From an uncultured Lachnospiraceae bacterium (GTDB lineage: Bacteria; Bacillota; Clostridia; Lachnospirales; Lachnospiraceae): 10,279 nucleotides of DNA. Position 1 is the stretch's first letter. Each line of letters opens with the position of its first letter. Position numbers and translations under genes: made by a program. Positions 6,318 to 10,279 of the stretch are shown piece by piece. The notes beneath the pieces were generated by a model, which saw only the letters and a program-made list of their open reading frames with translations, had not been told where the DNA came from and did no database searches. The DNA lies in contig CAZDOQ010000049.1 of assembly GCA_964507035.1 (NCBI GenBank), forward strand, positions 1 to 10,279. Direction: 5' to 3'.

Positions 6318-6337
6318 AGAGGAAAGGAAGAAATTCC

Positions 6338-8212
6338 ATGAAAAAACTCTGGGTCTATCTGAGACCGTACAAAGTGGAAAGCATGCTGGCGCCTCTGTTT
6401 AAGCTGTTGGAGGTGGTTTTTGACCTGCTGGTGCCGCTAGTGGTGGCCCAGATGATTGACGTGGGTGTGGCTCACAATGACCGAGGCTATATGCTTTGGT
6501 GCGCTGCCATTCTGTTGGGGATGGCCTTTTTGGGGCTGGCCAGCAGCATCACCGCCCAGTTTTTTGCGGCCAGGGCCAGCGTTTCCTTTGCTGCCGGACT
6601 GCGCCAGGGGCTGTTTGACCATATCCAGAGCCTCTCCTTTACAGAGTTGGACCGGCTGGGCACAGACACCCTGATCACCCGGCTCAACGACGATGTGAAC
6701 CAGGTGCAGAACGGGCTGAATATGGGATTGCGGCTGTTGCTGCGGAGCCCCTTTATTGTGCTGGGAGCCATGGCGCTGGCCTTTACCATCAGCGTAGAGT
6801 GCGCCTGGATCTTTGTGGTGGCCATCCCGGCGCTGTTTGTGGTGGTGTTTGCCATTATGTTGGTGAGTATTCCACTGTTCCGGAAGGTCCAGGCGGGCCT
6901 GGACCGGGTCACGGGACTGACCCGGGAAAACCTAACCGGCGTCCGGGTGATCCGGGCTTTCTGCCGGGAGGAGCATTCGGTGGAGGAGTTTGAGGCAAGC
7001 AACCGGGGGCTGACCCGGCTCAACGAGTTTGTGGGACGGATCTCCGCCCTGCTCAATCCCCTGACCTACGTGCTGATTAACCTGGCGGCGGTGTTCCTTG
7101 TTGACCGGGCCGCCATCCAGGTAAACGTGGGAGGCCTTGGACAGGGGGACGTGGTGGCCCTATACAACTATATGCTCCAGATTATTGTGGAGCTGATCAA
7201 GATGGCCTCCCTGATCATCACCCTCAACAAAGCTCTGGCCTGCGCCGGCCGTGTGGCGGGGATCCTCCAGGTTGAAACCAGCATGGAGTATCCGGCAGGG
7301 GAGGAGACCGGCCTGGGCGCAGAGGGGAAGGCCGCCCCGGCGGCGGAAGCCTGGGGGACCGGTCCGGAAAAAACGGTGGCAGACGCCCAGATGCCTGTAG
7401 TTCGATTCCAGGACGTGACCTTCTCCTACCAGGGGGCCGGAGCCCCCAGCCTTTCCCACATCTCTTTTACCGCCAACCGGGGAGAAACCATTGGAATCAT
7501 TGGCGGAACCGGCAGCGGCAAGTCCACGCTGGTCAGCCTGATCCCCCGGTTTTATGATGCGGGAACGGGCAGCGTGGAACTGGACGGCCGGGACGTGAAG
7601 GACTATCCCCGGGAAGCCCTGAACCGGAAGGTGGGGGTGGTGCAGCAGCGGACGCAGCTGTTCCGGGGAACCATCCGGGAGAATCTGACTTGGGGGGATC
7701 CGGAGACGGAAGACGCTTCCCTCTGGGAGGCCCTGACCATGGCCCAGGCCAAGGAAGTGGTGGAGGGAAAGCCGGACCAGCTGGATTTCAAACTGGAGCA
7801 GAACGGCCGGAACCTGTCCGGGGGACAGCGGCAGCGGCTCTCCATTGCCCGGACCCTGATCAAAAAGCCGGAGATTTTGATCTTGGACGACAGCTCCAGC
7901 GCCCTGGACTTTGCCACAGACGCGGCGCTGCGGAAGGCCATCCACGGACTGGGCGGCCAGGTCACCACCTTCCTGGTATCCCAGCGCATTGCCGGAGTCC
8001 GGCAGGCGGACCGGATCCTGGTGTTGGATGACGGACGCCTGGAGGGCCAGGGAACCCATGAGGAACTGATGGCATGCTGCGGGACATACCGGGAAATCTA
8101 TTATTCCCAGTTTCCGGAGGAGCGGCCCGGTTCCGGGGGCGGAACCGAACCGGCCGGAACGGAAAGGACCGGAAGCCAAACAGACGGGAAGGGAGGGGAC
8201 GGAATAAGATGA
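6338..8212 (+). CDS. ABC exporter, fused permease plus ATP-binding protein (type I exporter fold), 624 aa. This is the non-canonical (degenerate-NBD) half of a heterodimeric pair.
   Basis: The start MKKLWVYLRPYKVESMLAPLFKLLEVV has a good RBS and is internal to track ORF 6035..8212, whose first 101 codons read through the LysR relic and the promoter. There are six predicted TM segments. Walker A GGTGSGKST, Q-loop VQQ and signature LSGGQRQRLSIARTL are canonical. Walker B is ILILDD, with Asp replacing the catalytic Glu. The H-loop is VSQRIAG, with Gln replacing His. About 30 aa of low-complexity insert lies between the TMD and NBD, and there is a 35-aa G/T/E/P-rich C-terminal tail. Confidence 0.9.
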   Translation: MKKLWVYLRPYKVESMLAPLFKLLEVVFDLLVPLVVAQMIDVGVAHNDRGYMLWCAAILLGMAFLGLASSITAQFFAARASVSFAAGLRQGLFDHIQSLSFTELDRLGTDTLITRLNDDVNQVQNGLNMGLRLLLRSPFIVLGAMALAFTISVECAWIFVVAIPALFVVVFAIMLVSIPLFRKVQAGLDRVTGLTRENLTGVRVIRAFCREEHSVEEFEASNRGLTRLNEFVGRISALLNPLTYVLINLAAVFLVDRAAIQVNVGGLGQGDVVALYNYMLQIIVELIKMASLIITLNKALACAGRVAGILQVETSMEYPAGEETGLGAEGKAAPAAEAWGTGPEKTVADAQMPVVRFQDVTFSYQGAGAPSLSHISFTANRGETIGIIGGTGSGKSTLVSLIPRFYDAGTGSVELDGRDVKDYPREALNRKVGVVQQRTQLFRGTIRENLTWGDPETEDASLWEALTMAQAKEVVEGKPDQLDFKLEQNGRNLSGGQRQRLSIARTLIKKPEILILDDSSSALDFATDAALRKAIHGLGGQVTTFLVSQRIAGVRQADRILVLDDGRLEGQGTHEELMACCGTYREIYYSQFPEERPGSGGGTEPAGTERTGSQTDGKGGDGIR

Positions 8213-9963
8213 GCCAGTCAGAGACAAAGAAAACGGAACAGAGCCGGAAAACCCTGGAAAAGCTGATGCGCCTTATTGCCCGCTACCGGATTCTGCTGGC
8301 AGGCAGTATTCTGCTGGTGGCGGTTTCCGTGGTTCTGCAGCTGTATGTGCCCCTGCTCTTTGGAGACGCCATTGATCAGATTTTGGGAGCCGGGCAGGTG
8401 GACTTTGGGGCCATGTTGGGGTATCTTCGCCAGATCATTGTGCTGGCGGCGGTTTCCTCCCTGGCGGCCTGGGTCATGAACCTGATCAACAACCATATAA
8501 CCTACCGGATCGTCCAGGATATCCGCTCCCAGGCCATCCGCCGGATCCAGCGACTCCCCTTATCCTACCTGGACCGGCACAGTTCCGGGGATATTGTCAG
8601 CCGGATGATTGCAGACGCAGATATTCTCTCCGACGGCCTGCTTTTGGGCTTTACCCAACTGTTTTCCGGGGTGGTCACCATTCTGGTCACCTTGCTTTTT
8701 ATGTTCTCCACCAATGTGTGGATCACACTGCTGGTCCTGCTGCTGACGCCGCTGAGTTTTCTGGCGGCCAAATTCATAGCGGTCCGTTCTTTTCGGATGT
8801 TCCGGAAGCAGAGCGAAGTGCGGGGGGAGCAGACAGCCCTGGTGGAGGAGATGATCGAGGGCCAGAAGGTGGTCCGGGCCTTTGGGTATGAGGAGCGGGC
8901 CGCCGCCCGTTTTGCCCAGATCAATGAGCGGCTGAAGGATTGCAGCCAGAAGGCGGTTTTTTACAGCAGTCTCACCAACCCGTCCACCCGGTTTGTGAAC
9001 AATGTGATCTATGGGGCGGTGGCCTTGGTGGGAGTTTTTCTGATCCCCGGAGGCGCCCTGACGGTGGGCGGCCTGACGGTGCTCCTTTCTTACGCCAATC
9101 AGTATATGAAGCCTTTTAACGACATCAGTTCTGTGGTCACGGAGATGCAGAACGCCCTGGCCTGCGCCTCCCGGATCTTTGCCCTCCTGGAGGAGCCGGA
9201 GGAGACGCCGGATGCGGCGGGAAAATTGGAGGAGGTCCGGGGCCAGGTGGACTGGCAGGATGTGAACTTCCGTTATGACAAGAGCAAACCGTTGATTGAA
9301 CACCTAGACCTGCACGTAGAGCCGGGCATGCGGATTGCGGTGGTGGGTCCCACCGGCTGCGGCAAGACAACCCTGATCAACCTGTTGATGCGTTTTTACG
9401 AGGTGGATGCCGGGGAAATCCGGGTAGACGGCGTTCCCATCCCCAGCCTTTCCCGCCATGCCCTCCGGGGCAGCTTTGGCATGGTCCTCCAGGATACCTG
9501 GATCAAGGAGGGCACAGTGCGGGAAAACATCTGCTTCGGCAAGCCGGAGGCCACGGAGGAAGAGATCATCCGGGCGGCCCGGGACGCCCGCAGCTGGTCC
9601 TTCATTGAAAAACTGCCCCAGGGATTGGACACGGTGCTGCAGGAGGATAGCATCAGCCAGGGACAAAAGCAGCTGCTGTGCATTACCCGGGTGATGCTGT
9701 GCCTGCCGCCCATGCTGATTTTGGATGAGGCCACATCCAACATTGACACCCGGACGGAGATGCAGGTGCAGGAGGCCTTTGACAAGCTGATGGAAGGGCG
9801 GACCAGCTTTATTGTGGCCCACCGGCTTTCCACCATCTGGAACGCGTCCCGGATTTTGGTGATGCGGGACGGCCGGATTGTGGAGCAGGGCAGACATGAC
9901 GAACTGCTGCGCCAGGGCGGTTTTTACAGCCAGCTGTACAACAGTCAATTTCAGGGAGTGTAG
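8209..9963 (+). CDS. ABC exporter, fused permease plus ATP-binding protein, 584 aa. This is the catalytically canonical half of the heterodimer, with a degenerate signature motif.
   Basis: The start MSQSETKK has an ATGA overlap with the upstream stop, indicating translational coupling, and an RBS GGGAGGGG. It is internal to track ORF 8074..9963. Walker A GPTGCGKTT, Walker B MLILDEATSNID (catalytic Glu present) and H-loop AHRLSTI are canonical. The signature is ISQGQKQ instead of LSGGQ. Confidence 0.9.
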   Translation: MSQSETKKTEQSRKTLEKLMRLIARYRILLAGSILLVAVSVVLQLYVPLLFGDAIDQILGAGQVDFGAMLGYLRQIIVLAAVSSLAAWVMNLINNHITYRIVQDIRSQAIRRIQRLPLSYLDRHSSGDIVSRMIADADILSDGLLLGFTQLFSGVVTILVTLLFMFSTNVWITLLVLLLTPLSFLAAKFIAVRSFRMFRKQSEVRGEQTALVEEMIEGQKVVRAFGYEERAAARFAQINERLKDCSQKAVFYSSLTNPSTRFVNNVIYGAVALVGVFLIPGGALTVGGLTVLLSYANQYMKPFNDISSVVTEMQNALACASRIFALLEEPEETPDAAGKLEEVRGQVDWQDVNFRYDKSKPLIEHLDLHVEPGMRIAVVGPTGCGKTTLINLLMRFYEVDAGEIRVDGVPIPSLSRHALRGSFGMVLQDTWIKEGTVRENICFGKPEATEEEIIRAARDARSWSFIEKLPQGLDTVLQEDSISQGQKQLLCITRVMLCLPPMLILDEATSNIDTRTEMQVQEAFDKLMEGRTSFIVAHRLSTIWNASRILVMRDGRIVEQGRHDELLRQGGFYSQLYNSQFQGV

Positions 9964-9973
9964 GAGAGCGGAA

Positions 9974-10279
9974 ATGTATCGGATTTTGATTGTGGAAGAC
10001 GATCCGGGCATCGCTCGGGCCATAGAGGAGCAGGCCAACCAGTGGGGCTGGGAAGCGGCCTGCGTCAAGGATTTTCGGAATGTGATGGCGGAATTTGCGG
10101 CGTACAACCCACATCTGGTGCTGCTGGACATCAGTCCGCCCTTTTTTAACGGCTATCACTGGTGTCAGGAGATCCGCCGGGTGTCCAAGATGCCGGTGCT
10201 GTTCATCTCCTCCGCCTCGAACAACATGAACATGGGAGCGGACGATTTTATCGCCAAGCCCTTTGACCAGAGCGTACTC
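9974..10279 (+). CDS. OmpR-family response regulator, BceR/GraR-like receiver domain (partial, continues past the window end)
   Basis: MYRILIVEDDPGIARAIEEQANQWGWEAACVKDFRNVMAEFAAYNPHLVLLDISPPFFNGYHWCQEIRRVSKMPVLFISS...GADDFIAKPF aligns block-for-block with GraR/BceR as I recall them (..DFGKVMDTFESFNPEIVILDVQLPKYDGFYWCRKMREVSNVPILFLSS..GADDY.QKPF). The Asp pocket (EDD) and the phospho-acceptor (LLD) are present. The gene starts 10 nt after the stop of ABC gene 2 with no terminator, so it is probably co-transcribed. Confidence 0.85.
   Translation, partial: MYRILIVEDDPGIARAIEEQANQWGWEAACVKDFRNVMAEFAAYNPHLVLLDISPPFFNGYHWCQEIRRVSKMPVLFISSASNNMNMGADDFIAKPFDQSVL

Noticed and set aside
6035-6337. 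Track start at 6035 giving a 725-aa ABC protein with a 101-aa Gly/Cys-rich N-terminal extension
   Set aside because: The extension is read-through of the LysR relic in an alternative frame plus the promoter and 5' UTR. The genuine start MKKLW at 6338 has an RBS and the expected topology of helix 1 of an ABC exporter.
8074-8208. Track start at 8074 for the second ABC gene (MLRDIPGNLL...GRGRNK extension)
   Set aside because: This would overlap 139 nt of the upstream gene with an Arg/Gly-rich junk N-terminus. The ATG at 8209 has a GGGAGGGG RBS and a classic ATGA stop-start overlap.
1-10279. Searched for CRISPR repeats, tRNA/rRNA, IS inverted repeats, integrase or transposase remnants and toxin-antitoxin pairs
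   Set aside because: I could find no spaced direct-repeat array, no cloverleaf-capable conserved tRNA boxes, no terminal inverted repeats and no recombinase motifs on either strand.

Overview
This window looks like a high-GC chromosomal segment (my impression is roughly 60% GC, not computed) from a Firmicute/Clostridia-type genome. The GC bias, the strong AGGAGG-type ribosome-binding sites and the protein similarities suggest this, but no taxon can be proven from here. Every convincing gene is on the + strand. In order: (1) an envelope-stress pair, a pspA (IM30-family) gene followed 1 nt later by an SPFH/Band-7 (B. subtilis YdjI-like) protein that ends in a C4 zinc ribbon. The pair has a near-consensus sigma-A-type promoter with an extended -10, and a perfect 13-bp tandem direct repeat lies upstream of that promoter. 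(2) pcrA/uvrD-family helicase. (3) A small monocistronic gene with its own promoter and intrinsic terminator and with lower GC, encoding a 93-aa single-pass membrane protein with an extremely acidic, Phe-studded tail. (4) A RumA/RlmD-type 23S rRNA m5U methyltransferase (TRAM domain, Fe-S cysteines, SAM-dependent fold). (5) A decayed relic of a LysR-type regulator, with its helix-turn-helix deleted, frameshifted and truncated, that still keeps a consensus RBS and ATG. (6) An operon of two fused permease-ATPase ABC exporter genes. All degenerate catalytic motifs (Walker B D-for-E and H-loop Q-for-H in the first gene, ISQGQ signature in the second) fall in one composite nucleotide site, as in asymmetric heterodimeric exporters of the LmrCD/BmrCD/TM287-288 kind. 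(7) 10 nt downstream, a BceR/GraR-like OmpR-family response regulator that runs off the window end. The long minus-strand ORFs are antisense artefacts of GC3-rich coding. I found no rRNA, tRNA, CRISPR array or mobile element. The most interesting items are the orphan acidic-tail membrane protein, the LysR relic with its still-translatable 35-codon ORF upstream of the ABC operon, the type-I exporter paired with a BceR-like regulator, and the repeat-flanked pspA-SPFH module.
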